Shown here: one piece after another, positions 39,264 through 53,911 of the stretch
Layout of the letters: each line of letters begins with the position of its first letter
How positions within the stretch are numbered: the first letter of the stretch is position 1
NCBI RefSeq assembly: GCF_009914755.1
Contig: NC_060942.1
Origin: the human T2T-CHM13v2.0 reference genome, Homo sapiens
Direction: 5' to 3' (one strand)
Length of the DNA stretch: 64,000 nt
Program-made: the position numbers and the translations under genes
Notes under the pieces: model-generated
What the model was told of the DNA's origin: nothing
The model's input: only the letters and a program-made list of their open reading frames with translations
The model's database searches: none

Positions 39264-41789
39264 CTCCCCTGATCTAAACCATAAACCTAAGCCTGGATCT
39301 ATCAGCAGTGTCCAGAAATGTATAGGATCATTCACTGTGAATATAAATTTGTAAGTGTAGTCTTTGAGCTAGGATGGGAAATATGGGGTGCCTAAAAGCA
39401 AATGATTGAAATATTTACTAAAAGTCTCAGATCAATACAAAGACGTAATGCCAGGATTTGGGGGAAAAAAAGGCATGATCCAGAGAGGAGAAGTCTCAGA
39501 GTCAGTGCAGTGAGACTAAGATATTAAAATAACTAGAATCGTAAGTGTGTGAGTTCAGAGAATGGAATATTAAAGATTAAGACTTAGTGAAGTAATTTTA
39601 CTTAATGGAAAGTTTTCTTCATAAGGTGGTGTGATGTTGACTCAGTTGAAGTTTATAAGGAGTTTCAAATACATTAGAAAAAAGTTGTTGAAGAAAAGGG
39701 TATTATTAGCAATGCAGATTTTGTGATAGCATTTATTATTTTTCACAGTAAGAATAATGATAACATATCACCCTTAATTCTTTGCCATAGTCAAAACTGT
39801 TCAGCAGAACATTGTTCCTTCTTTGTTGTTCAAAAATAATTGAGATGAAAAAACAGAAACAGTGCCACCAGCATCAGTCTCCTGTCATGATAATCAACTA
39901 TAGCACATCAGGGAGTAGTAACCAATGGCATGTTCTTAAAATAATGATTCTTATCGTCTGCCTTTAGCATGAAGGAAACAAGGCACAAATAGCTGCTATG
40001 TACAATGCTGACCTAAGTGAGCTATTTAACAACCTGTACTATGAGTGCCAGCTAATTTTCAGTCTATGCATTATGAAGAAAACACAATTTACCACAAAAT
40101 ATACCATATAGTAGCAAATGTTACTTTTTTTCTTTTTCTTTTTTTTTTTTCAATATCAATCAAGGTACAATGCTTCAGGGGAAAATTATCTAGCAACAAT
40201 AGAAAGGTACCAGCCATAGAAGATAGCTGAATCTGGTTGCCCGTGTTTGTAGTATATAAGAACAGACGGATATTTAAAAAAAAGGTAGAGGGCAATTCAG
40301 GGAAAAAGAAATAATGTTAACCATGAGAATGAGATGATCCCAAAGGAGGAATGGATGATTGAAGACAAAGTTCACAAGGAAGCCTTGTGAAGCGAGTATT
40401 CTCATGTCAGTGAGTGAAGAATACTGGAAATGAAGTTAGAGAACACTGAGCTGAAGAATTTAATAGGAGAGAATTATAAATGTGATCCTCAGTCATCTCA
40501 TGAGGAATGTAATCCAGCTGCAAAAGCTAAGCCTGCTGTGTGTAGTCAAGAAGACCATGGAGAATAATCTTCAGAATAAGAAATTGTGGATGAAGGTTAA
40601 TGTGATCCATAATACATAAACCTCCAATATCCAAATAATTACTTTCAAACTGAAGTAGATCTCTTAGACATGATTCTAAGGAAATTTGTAACCCATAAGA
40701 AGAGATAGTATAAAATGAGATGTAACAGGAAGAACTAGCACAATATTTCAGTGGATAATATGTCAAAAGAGACTAAAAATTTTTAAAATAAATAAGAGTT
40801 TGTAGAACTTCCAAGAATTGGCCATGCCCTCAGCTTACTTTTAAGACTGGTTAAAAGTGAGTCTAAAACACTCAGATTGAAGATCTGTGATTCTGTCATA
40901 CTGCCATACCATAAAGATCAGTGCCTTAAACTTAGAGAAACCCAACGGCCAATGAGATTATCTTAAGATATCTGCCCAATAGGAGCAGACCATATTGAAT
41001 GATACCTAATTGATCTAATTAATTTCTCTCAAATGATGTTACATAACATGACATCAATAAATAAAGACTCATAATAACATAGATATGGTAGTAGAAACAA
41101 AATGTATAGCTATACAGAGACAGAAAATAAAAGAAACAGAAATTGAAAAATGAGAGAAATCCAGAGATGGACTGAGTCAAAAGAAAGTAGTTACTGGAAT
41201 AAGAGCACACCAACTTTCTAGCAAAAGACCTCATGTCCAGGCACCTGCATGGCCATTTGGAAATTAGGGCTGCCATTATTTCCAAAATGATAATCTGTGC
41301 CATGAGCAGGCTATGGGGGTGAGTGTGTGGGTGTAAACAGGAACACAATTAGGTTTCTTATACAAAACTCTATAATTTCTGAGATAAAGTCTGTAAATAT
41401 TGATAGATAATTATAGAGAAAAGTAAAGCAAATTCTTCAATATTGATATTAATGGTGACAAGTATTAGGCCAGGTAATAGGCAATATTCTCTCTTTATAA
41501 CTGTATAGTCTGTTGGATTGTCAGTGTAAGTCAACAGTATGGTTCATGGTAGGAAACAAGTCCTTGTTAAACACCTGAATTTCCAAGGGCAAGATGCCCC
41601 AAAATTATGCAGATTGGATTCTATGCAGATGACAACTATACAGCTGTTTTCTGCAAAACACAATTGCCTAATTAATGAGTGGCTTGTACCCTTTGCCCAA
41701 TCAGTCAACGTTAGTTCCAAGAAAATATGAAGATTTTTGGAAAAATGTGTCATTTAAAGTATATTTATGTTTATAAAAATTATAGGCTT

Positions 41790-42097
<308 letters not shown>

Positions 42098-43044
42098 TTA
42101 TAGCCTTAATTTTTAACAACAGTGTGATGGTTAAATAAATTATAGGCAAATGATAAATTTTATATGCTAAATTGTTTTTTAAGAATATGCATTGAAAATG
42201 GTATTATGTTCACAATATAATAAGTGAAAATAATGGAATTAAAATTATTTGTATCATTTTATTAAAATTTTGTAAATATTGAGATATACTTGTAGAAAAA
42301 TATACAAAGCAAATGTATCAACATTGGTATTAATGGTAATAAGTCCTGGGCCAGATAATAGGCAATTTTCTTTCTTTGTATCGTATGTGTTTTCTTAAAC
42401 ACCTTCTGTAAAAAAGTCACTTGAAACTGAACATGGAGGAGAGGAAGACAATGTCTTTCTTAAAGTTCACATCTTTAGTACTTTAAGAAGTTCTTGCTCA
42501 CTTACAGCAGAAATATTAATTTCCATCTCTCCTCATTTTAGGATAATGTGTCCCAAACCAAAGTACTGTTATAAGAGCTCCTCCCAGTTCTGCTAGATGG
42601 CCAGTTGGCCACTGTAGTTTTCAGAATAATCTAGGTTTCTTACAGAAACCTTGAAGTGGAGGCCAGGGATTTAACAGGTAGGGTATCAAAATTTTCTCAA
42701 GGTGTTAATATTAATTGAAGGTAAGAATGTTGGCAGACAAAGCACATATTGAACACAATTTCCATTCACATGAAGAGGGATAAATAACATTCTCTTCCAC
42801 ATCACCATCATCTCTCACCTGAAATAATCTCCTAACTGGACTCAGCTTTCACCTTTGGACCCCTGTAGTCTGTCTTAACATGAAACCCAGAGTGATCCTT
42901 CTCAATAGTAAGGATTATTTAACTCTCTACTCCAAACTCTACAAAGGTTTCCCATTGCCCTGAGAATAAAAGCATCAATGCTGCCAACAACACTTTATGT
43001 GATCTGACACTTCTTCCTTTTCTGAACCATAACCCACCTCTTAC

Positions 43045-43812
43045 TTCTTTTTTAAAATCTTTACTTATGTATTTATTTTTTTTCAATAGCTTCAAGGGTA
43101 CAAATGGTTTTTGGTTACAGGGATGACTTGTATAGTAGTGAAGTCTGAGGTAATGTACATTGTATCCAATATGTAGTTTTTTTATCCCTCACCCTACCGC
43201 CCTCCCACTCTGAGTCTTTAATGTCCATTATACCATTCTGTATTCCTTTGCATACCCATAGCTTAGCTCCAAATTATGTGAGAACATAAAGTATCTGGTG
43301 TTTCATTCCTGAATTACTTAGAACAATGGCCTGCAGTTCCATCCAAGTTGCTGCAAAATTCATAGTTTCATTCTTTTTTTTTTTTAATTATACTTTAAGT
43401 TTTAGGGTACATGTGCACATTGTGCAGGTTAGTTACATATGTATACATGTGCCATGCTGGTGCGCTGCATCCACTAACTCGTCATCTAGCATTAGGTATA
43501 TCTCCCGATGCTATCCCTACCCTCTCCCCCCAACCCACAACAGTCCCCAGAGTGTGATATTCCCCTTCCTGTGTCCATGTGATCTCATTGTTCAATTCCC
43601 ACGTATGAGTGAGAATATGCGGTGTTTGGTTTTTTGTTCTTTCGATAGTTTACTGAGAATGATGATTTCCAATTTCATCCATGTCCCTTCAATAGTATTC
43701 GTATTCCATGATGTATATATACTGCTTTCTGTATCCACTCATTGCTTGATGGGCACTTAGTTGGTTCCATATCTTTGCAATTGTGAATTGTGCTGTGATA
43801 AACATATATGGG
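43045..43812 (-). mobile_element. L1PB 3' fragment
   Basis: 'tttcaatagcttcaagggtacaaatggtttttggttac', 'catagcttagctcc', 'ttggttccatatctttgcaattgtgaattgtgctg'. Confidence 0.82.
43374..43688 (-). mobile_element. Young L1PA2-like 3' fragment nested in L1PB
   Basis: Near-consensus 'gtgcacattgtgcaggttagttac..ccactaactcgtcatctagcattagg'. The diagnostic site reads GAG on the element strand, not the ACA/ACG of L1HS Ta/pre-Ta. Confidence 0.88.
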
Positions 43813-44489
43813 CAGTCCACCCCTCTTTTCTTTGTTCACAGCATTCAAGACATCTGGGGTCCTCACTGCTCCTTGAGCACAGTAGCAAACTTCTACATTA
43901 AGACCCCACCCCGGTTGTTCTTTCTCTGCCTAGAATTCTCTTTAGTAAGATACCTGTGTGGCTGAGGCTCCATCTCCCAGCTTTGCTTAAATGTTATCCT
44001 TTCCATGAGGCTTTCAGTGGTAAGCACTTTGAAATTATAATAAGCACTTCATATACTCCTCATTCCCATTACCCTTTTCATTTCCTTTTTCTATAGAATT
44101 TAACATGCCTTAATATTCAAAATAATTTGCTTTTTTTATTATGTCTACTATTTACTGTTCATCTTTACCTGCTAGAATATAACCTTGCCAAGGCAATGGT
44201 CTTTGCGTGTTTTAATCACCAGTGTATCTCAAGTATATCAGAATTCCACGAATATGGTAGATTCTTAAGAAATAGTTAATGAATAAAGAGTAAATAGACA
44301 AATGCACATTTTCTTGATGCTAAAAAAAAGAAAAAATAATAAATTCATTAAACAAAATGAAACTAGCAGGCATAATTTCCCCAACAATATATTCACAGCT
44401 TTTTAACTAAATGTGTTATCACTTAATATGAGAGGTTATTGTTGATAGCCTGGAAATTCCATTACAACTTTCTGTAAGAAATAATTTTT

Positions 44490-44900
44490 ATAGCAGAATC
44501 AGCTGGATAACACAAAAAATTTGTGCTCCCCCTGGCAGTTGCAAGGAGGAAATGGCCTAACAAGGGACTACATTTCTCTGCCATGTAACCAGTTCTTACC
44601 AGTGGAATTTGAGTAAAAATAATGTATATCACTTCCAAATCAAGGTGGTTAAGTAAAGGTGCCTATTTCCAAACCATCTCTACTGGTTTTTTTTTTGTCT
44701 GCTGAAAGTAGAGAAATTTGTGACACTAGAGAATAGTACATCACAATATGGAAAAATCCTGCATCCATGAAACACTATGTGGAGGAAAACCACTTGCCAA
44801 ACATCAATAACTGCATTTGACTGCTACATGAGTGACGAATAGACGTTTATTGTGTAAAATAATTGAAATTTGTCAATTTATTTGATATAGCAGCTTAAAT
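44490..44900 (+). mobile_element. MLT1J-like LTR
   Basis: 'ggactacatttc', 'ccatgtaaccagttcttaccagtggaat', 'tatcacttcc', 'tttattgtgtaaaa..gaaattt..atagcagc'. Confidence 0.7.
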
Positions 44901-46479
44901 GCAAGTCCCAAAGAGAATTTAGTTAAGGGCTAAAGTTTGGCATCATAATTTGCATATGGTTACAACTACAGAATTATTGGTTTTATAGAACTATGTGACT
45001 CAAGTGCCTAGTCATGAATACCTAATTTCCCAGGATGAACCCTCACTGCTCAGTGACATTTGTAGTGCCAAACAGTTGAGAAAGCTGTTCATAAGAACAG
45101 GATACATAGAAAGTCTGATTTTGCAGTGAAACTTTATTTGGGATGTAAGTATAAGGAAAATAAATGCGATAGATACAGTAAATGAGCATGGTGAGTTGGA
45201 AGTCCTGATCAAGGATTAAACCACATTTATACACATGAGGGATTAGTAAAGGAATACATAAAAATTTATGGTGTGAAAGAAGGCGTTCTAGGTTATGATT
45301 GTGAAGATAGAATGGTTCCATGTTACTCACTGTGTTGGAAGAAAGTGATATGTCATTAAGATTGGTGACATTAAAAAGAGAAAAATATTGTGTTTCAGGA
45401 GTAAAGTGGATCTTTACTAGAGATGTTGCAATTTTTGAGGAGAGGAAAAGCTTCTTTTTACAGTGAAGTAATTTCAAGGATTGAAATTGGCTTGGGATGG
45501 CAGAGGTTTGTGATAGTGATGATTAGAAAATATGTAGAATTCAGTGACGTAGAATTTGAGAGGAAAGAAGTAAAGGGAAGAAGGAAAATAAATAAGTGCC
45601 AATTTGTCTGTAGAACCAGAAGTAATTAAGTTCTTGATTTCCTCAACTGAGGGAGATTAAAATTAAGGTTTTTATGAGATAAAATATCTTCAGTTTACAG
45701 ATAAATTTCAATACATACAATACAATGAATGTATCATCACAATATGCTTTTGCTTTAATCATTCATTGGACCATGTCTCCAATGCACCTTGATTTCTAAC
45801 AAATAACATCTACTGTGTCTGGTTGTAAATAAATGCTTACTTATGTCTCTCACACTGGTCTGTGAGAGCCTTCTGTAAATAAAAGATACTTATTGTGCAT
45901 TTATTATAAACAAATCAATAAATAAATTAGAAGATGCATGGATAGGTGAGTGCCTTTCAGAATATGCACAAAATGGACAGATACCAGTCTGAGATGAATA
46001 TAAAGAGAATTCAAAACCTATTATCAGACTCTCGTTGGGGTCTTCTCACTTTCTGAATTTCAGAGTTTCAAAAGAAACCACAAGAGCTCTTTCCTCTTGC
46101 AGAAGTATGAATGCTTTTTCTGGATACAGTCTTTATGCTTAAGGAAGCTTACAACCTTTTAAAGAGGGAGAGTATTCCAGGGACAGAAATTAATTTGAAT
46201 GAAAACCTGGAGATATCAGAACTATTTATAATTTAAGAAGGTGAAAAATGTAGAATCACATAGTCACAAATTATTATGGTAGAAATATTTATAGATTAAA
46301 GTCTGAAGATATCAGTTCTAGATCATATGACACCAAGTAATTATAATGACACTCACAATTTAGAGCTTACATGTTTTCAAAAAAATGATACAGTGAATAT
46401 TCTACCATAGTAATTTTTGCAAAGCAATTACTAACTTTATATTATATTCAGGAGTTATGAAAAACCCTTTACTGCTTTA

Positions 46480-46650
46480 TTTAATCTGTTTTTGAATAAC
46501 AAACAAATCTTATTATACCCACTATTTTATAGCTATGGAATTGGATGCTAACAAAGCTAGTAGCTAGCCCTAGAACATGCTACTAGTAATGGTGAGCAGA
46601 GAATGAAACTCAGGCCTCTGATGCTAGACCTGAGCTCTTAACCAGGATGC
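46480..46650 (-). mobile_element. MIR fragment
   Basis: 'tattataccc actattttatag', 'aatgaaactcaggcctctgatgctagacctgagctcttaacca'. Confidence 0.6.
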
Positions 46651-47765
46651 AGCCCTGGTTTTCTAATGCTAGAAAATATACACGAAAATACTTCTTCTCA
46701 GTGTATTTCCCCATGAGATCATTGTTTCGATTATCACACATATTTAGATGCAGTGTAGATACTCATTTTTCTACATGAATTGTTTTCATTGCTTACATCT
46801 CTAATATCTACCTACGCAGACAAATTCTACTTATCATTCAAACTTATGTCAAAGCAGTCTCCTCCATAAAGCAGCACCAGTTCAAAAAAAAAAAAAAAAC
46901 TAGAAAGTATTCTCTCCTTTAATAATCTATAAAAAACACTTTTAAAAATAAACCTTTATAATGAAGGTAGAATCTCCCTTGGTTGAGTTTTCAGACAAAT
47001 ACATAACTATTCAATAAGAGTGTGATTGCCTACAGGTCAGGAACAGAATATTAGGCATCTTTTTCATCCTGTGGAACCTTGTTTATAGTAGGTAGGTGGC
47101 CAGTGAATGACTTTGATATTGAATCATTTGGAAAAGCATAAGTGCTGAGCAAAAGAAAGATATTATCAATTGTCATATGATTATGATGGATTCAGAATAA
47201 AAATATATTTTTCCATAAAATTTCGTCTGTGCTACTCATATTCTGCTATGGTCAAAAAAAATACTGGAAAAACTTTTATCAACAAGATTATTGCCTTACA
47301 ATCTAAATATCAAAACTTAAAAATATAATTGCCCTATATCCCTGTTTAGAGTCAATTTTAAAAATTCTTCAATTTCTGAATAAAAAATTTAAAAAGATGT
47401 CCTGTCTGCTGAAGCTGGAAAAATAGGCTTCACAGCTGGCTGGCTGGTTCATTCAGCAAGAAATTGGTCAACTTGCAAAGACCAGAAAAAAATGCATTTC
47501 ACACAGCACCAAGAATCATAAAGTTGCTGAGCAAACTGGGAGCTAAAGAACTCAGGCAAATTAGAGCTAGCTTAGAAAAATAAGAAACAGATCAAATCCT
47601 CATCGGTTCTCTTACACTAAACTAATACTATATCTGACATATGGGACTATTGCATTGGATTTTATATTGTAAACTTTCTTCCTGAACATGCAGTCTTAAA
47701 ACTCTTTGGAGTCTTTAGAGTCTGTGGTCTTCTCTTCAGTCATCTGCTGTTGATTTTCTCCTCAG

Positions 47766-48201
47766 GTTCTGTCAAGCTAGTTCGTTTTCTCGGGATACAG
47801 GTTTCCTTTCTTCCCTTTAAAGGAAGTGAATGCTTGGTGTTTGTCTAGTATATTATGACTACAACATAGGACGTGCCTCTTACCAGTTGGGGTGCAACAG
47901 AAAATGTCTCCTTCTCTGTCTTCCTGCAAAGCGAGAGGAAGTTTTGGCATTTATAGTGTTTAATATATTTCCTGTAAATGTGTAGGAAATGTCTGTTTGA
48001 AGTTCTGAAGTAAACTACCTTGATGTTGACAAAGATGAGACAAACTACCTGATGAAAGAAATCATATTCAAGAAAGAATCTTTAGAGAGGAAGGCAGCCT
48101 ATTTATTTACATGAAGATCAAAGAACCTTTGCATGAATTGAGACTACATTTTTTCCGAGTGATTTGCAAAAGATAATCCTCATGGCTGAATGAGAAAAGT
48201 G
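47766..48201 (+). other. Candidate exon (non-coding or 5'UTR-like) of an unidentified transcript
   Basis: Acceptor-like 'ttgattttctcctcag|G' before 47766 and donor 'AGTG|gtaagt' at 48202 bracket 436 bp of repeat-free sequence. No long ORF. No expression evidence available. Confidence 0.35.
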
Positions 48202-51200
48202 GTAAGTCTTTATTGAATTTATTTTGATTTTATGTATTAAAATACTCAGCATGCTAAAATAATATACTTATAAAATTTTTTTCAAGAAATATTTCATATT
48301 TTCTATACTCATTAAAGTCTGATGAAATAACTTGAGATATTTTATTGAGATTTTGGCTATTCTGCTTTTTAATAAATAACCAACAATTTGGCTTATATGA
48401 ACACAATGAAAGCCACACTTAACAAATAACTGCTATCAATGATTAAAGGCCTTTATAATGAAAGCCAGTAGAGTATTGTACAGATGCCAGGATAATTTAA
48501 CACAACAAACAGAATTTCTCTAAATACCCAAGACCATAATGATTTGCTGCCTAATGCAATATTTTTCTCTCTATAAATGAAGGAATGTTACCCCCAAATG
48601 AGAAACTTAAGAGTGATGTTTCATGTGAGAAAAAACCACACATTCTTAAATCATTAGCTTTTCCCTTCTTTTATGTAATCCACCTCCTTTTTCTCTCTTA
48701 CTAAGGTTGACTGAGCTTTAAAGAATAGGAAGGGAGGCACAAACGCAATCAACTTCAAAAATCATTTTGGCACAGCACAGCAAAATGCATCCAATTAAAA
48801 CATTAAACAGTATGCTAATAATTATGTTTCCTATAGTGCCTTTTCATCAAGGATTTCAAAGTCAAATTTACAATTTCTCAATTATGCTTTAGACATCTCT
48901 AATTCTGATTGCTGGCAAGTCTTCCTCCCTTCCCCCTTCCTGACCCACACTCAGAGTTCTAACTGAATTTGATGAAGGACAATATTTTGCCTTTCAAATG
49001 TGCTAATCTTGACTTCTCCTTCATCTTCTTTTGCCTTTGCTCAGCTAGCTGAGTGACTGATGCTGAGTAATTTGCAAGCAGAAGTTGGCTGGTTTCAAAA
49101 TGCTGAAAATTTGAATTATAGGTTTTTAAGAATAAATATACTTTTATGACTTTGCATTATTGTTTATCTTACAATGCACTAGCAAAATTTTACCTTCATA
49201 AGCAAAGGTGATTAGCAAGGAACATAACATAAGCATGCAAATTAGAGCTTTTAGGACTTTTATAAACAATGGCACCTCTAAATGGATGGCCTGTAAATAT
49301 GGTGCCACTGCCCTGAAAACCTGAGTACATCTTTAATGTACCTATTTTAAAAACAGATTTATTAAGCTGTATTTGGCTTAAGCACTGTCCAGATTTTCAA
49401 AATTCCAAATTAGTTGGATCTAACAACAACAACAAAAGTTTAACAATGTTACCTTTCTTCAACAACTACACTACCTATGATCTTTAAACTTTTAGCTAGT
49501 CCTTTCTGGATTTCTGTAACTAAAACTATTTTTTTCTGCTTTGAAAAGTATTTATTTTGCCATATGGATATGTATATATAATATTTTTTCTTCAAAACAA
49601 TAATATTTTATCTTCTCATTTTGTCACACCATTTCATTCTTGAGGCTTGGTTTTTAACTACTCTGAGCTGATACTTCTTTATTCTTGAAATTCTTTTACA
49701 CAGTTCAAGTATTTGAAAAACTTGCTTTAAACTAAAGTAAAATCCCTGATAACCAAAGTTTAAAAAGCACTGCAGGCAAAGTCCTAAAAGCATCTAGAAT
49801 CTAATTCCAAACCTGTCATTAACTATCCATGCATCGTTTAGCAATCTAGATAAATGCACTAGTACACAGCATCCTTATTTTAAAATAAAGTGAATGACCA
49901 TAATATGTTTTTAAATATTAAAAATCATCGAGCTTAAAGTTAAAAGTCAATGTTATGTGCCTTGAAATTTCTGATACCTCATTACCCGAAAACAATAATG
50001 CAACATGTATTAAAGGCTGACACTGTGCAAGGTGTTATGCCAGTAAGGCACATGCTAATAGGAAGAAAAACAAGAAATGGTCCTTCCTTCCTTCATTCTT
50101 ACATTTGTACCATTTTTTTTCCCTGTTTCTTTCTGTATGCATTATCTAATTTGATGTGCATAACAACTTATGAGATACAAAAGAAGGTTGTTATTGACCC
50201 CACATAGAAAAGAAAGGCAAGTAATTTCAAAAAGATCAAGCATTTATTAGAAATTTCTAGACTTAGTGAGGAAGGAAGAACTAAGACTATGTAAGATGTT
50301 ATTATCGTTACATATTGATTAGTGTGCACTGCTCGTGAATACCATATTTTTAGGCCTGTTTTCCTGAACCACATAATATTGTCCCACTGTGAAACAGGCA
50401 TTACAATTTTGTATTTACTTCTAATGGTTCTCAAAGGGAACCTTGTTTAATGATATAACATTTGCAAATCTCTTTGAATAAAGAAATCATTTAAATGCAA
50501 AGTATCTCTGAACATTATCCCCTTTACTCTCCCACTGGGTACATAAAAATCAAATAGGGCTGACTGTGATATTTTAGGAGCATAAAGGTATCATAAATTG
50601 ACTCTTTGCACCTTGCTACACCACACCCCAGAACAACTCTGCACCTCATGCAGATCTCTAAGTGAGGTTATGATGCCCAAGACACAGGCCCTTCACAGAG
50701 CATAGCAGGGGAAATCGACAAGCAGAAAACCTTTCCTAAACTTGTACTTGGTCTCGAATCAGCAAGCAATGGGAATTAATTTCTCACAGTTCAAGCAAAC
50801 TCATGGACAGAGACCAGGTTTTCACAGAAAGGAAAATCAGGGCTCCTAGTGTAAAAAATGATGTGGCCTGACTGACAGAATTCTGCACAATTTTGCCACT
50901 CTGCTGCCATGGGCCTGTATGTACCTGTTCCTCTTTTCCTCTTAATACTACATTAGTGTCCAAGAATTATTACTTATATGCTGTATCAATCTTTCTCCTC
51001 AGTAATTCCCCATTATTTTCTATTGCTGCTTCCAACTTGGGCCCTTAACATACTGTTCAAATATTCAAACTGGTTGGCTACTTGAGTCTTTTACTTAATA
51101 AGTTAAACTTTTACAAATACAACTATCATTGATCCCTTCCTTGCCTTGGATATGCCCATTCATCTATGCAGTATCATTTCCAAACTTCGGTTTAGAATAT

Positions 51201-51832
51201 ATTTTAAAAAATTCTTCACAAGCAGCACCTATTTTTCCTATTTTACCAGACTGTTATTTTTGAAGCACTTGCTAATTAAGGTTTTTAACTGATTTATCAT
51301 ATTTCCTTCATAAATGTATTATCTTTATCTACATACCAAACCTTCTACAAAGTTCTGCTTAGACACATCCATCATAGAATTATGAATTTTAAAATTATCG
51401 ACATACAATTTACACATAAGGAAAGGCACAGATTTTAAATAAAATATTCAATGAGTTTTGACAAATGTATACCTTCTATAAACAACACCCCCAAACAAGA
51501 TATCGAACAGTCCCCAATCCAGAAAGTTCTCATTCGATTACTGCTGCTCTGATTTTCATTACCACAAATAATTTTTTCCTGGTGAAAAACTTCATGAAAA
51601 TGAAATCATATAGTCTGTACTCTTTTGTGTCTGCCTTCTTAGCTATTTTGTATACATACTAGATAACATTTAGCAGGTTGGGAAAATTTCCTTCTAGTTT
51701 TGTTTTGCAGAGTGCTTTCAACATGTTTGCATTTTAACTTTTATCAAATGCTTTTTTTGGTATCTATTGAAAAGACTACCTGGATTTCCTCCATTATTAC
51801 GTTCAAATTTTTAATCAATTTTTCTAATTTTA

Positions 51833-53106
<1,274 letters not shown>

Positions 53107-53911
53107 TAATTTTAAAGCAACTTTGCATTTATGAGGTAAACCCAAATTCATTATGTTGTGTTGTCCTTTGTATACATTGTTGGGTTGACTTTCCTAATTT
53201 TTTTTTAATTTTTGAATAAATATTCATAAGTGGCCTGTAATTTTATTTTCTTGTGCTGTCGTTGTCTTTGTCAAATTTGATATCATAATACTTGCCTCGT
53301 AAAAAATCAGTTGAAAAGTATTCCCTCTTTTTCTATTTACTGAAAGAGATTTTGTAAGACTAATATTTCTATCTTAAATGTTTGGTAGAAATCAAGGTGT
53401 AGTCATGTTGGTTTAAAATGTTTTTGACTGTGGGAAGAGTTTTAATTACCCTCATCTTCATTATAATGACATTAGGATCTGCAGTAATCTCCCCTCCTTA
53501 ATTTACATACGAGTTATATGTTTTAACTTTTTATTAATCAGTTCAGCTAAAGGATAATCAATTACAATATTTTTTCTAAAAAATATTTTTTTGGCTTTTC
53601 TCATGGCTGTATATTTTCTATTTTGCTAATTTATATTCTTATTAATATTTCCATTATATACATTTTGATGTAATCTTCACTTCTTTTTCCAGCTTCCTAA
53701 TTGGAAGATTATTAGATGATTGATTTTGAACCATTTTTCTTTTCTACCATAAATATTTTAGCTATAATTTACCCTCCAAAATCTGCTGTAACTGTAATTC
53801 ACAAATATATAGAAAACAAATATAATTTATTACATTTACATAGAGTTCAAAATATTTCAAAATTTTCCTTGTGATTTCTTCTTAAGTCCTAGATGATTTA
53901 TGAGTATTTTT

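Larger units (their letters stand above)
42800..44290 (+). mobile_element. L2 (42800-43040 and 43815-44290), split by L1PB
   Basis: 'aataatctcctaactgg', 'ccagagtgatcctt', 'ctagaatataaccttgccaaggcaatgg', ending 'aatagttaatgaataa'. Confidence 0.7.

Noticed and set aside
45043-45477. 144-aa minus-strand ORF
   Set aside because: No recognisable homology; the region looks like decayed L2 or AT-rich sequence.
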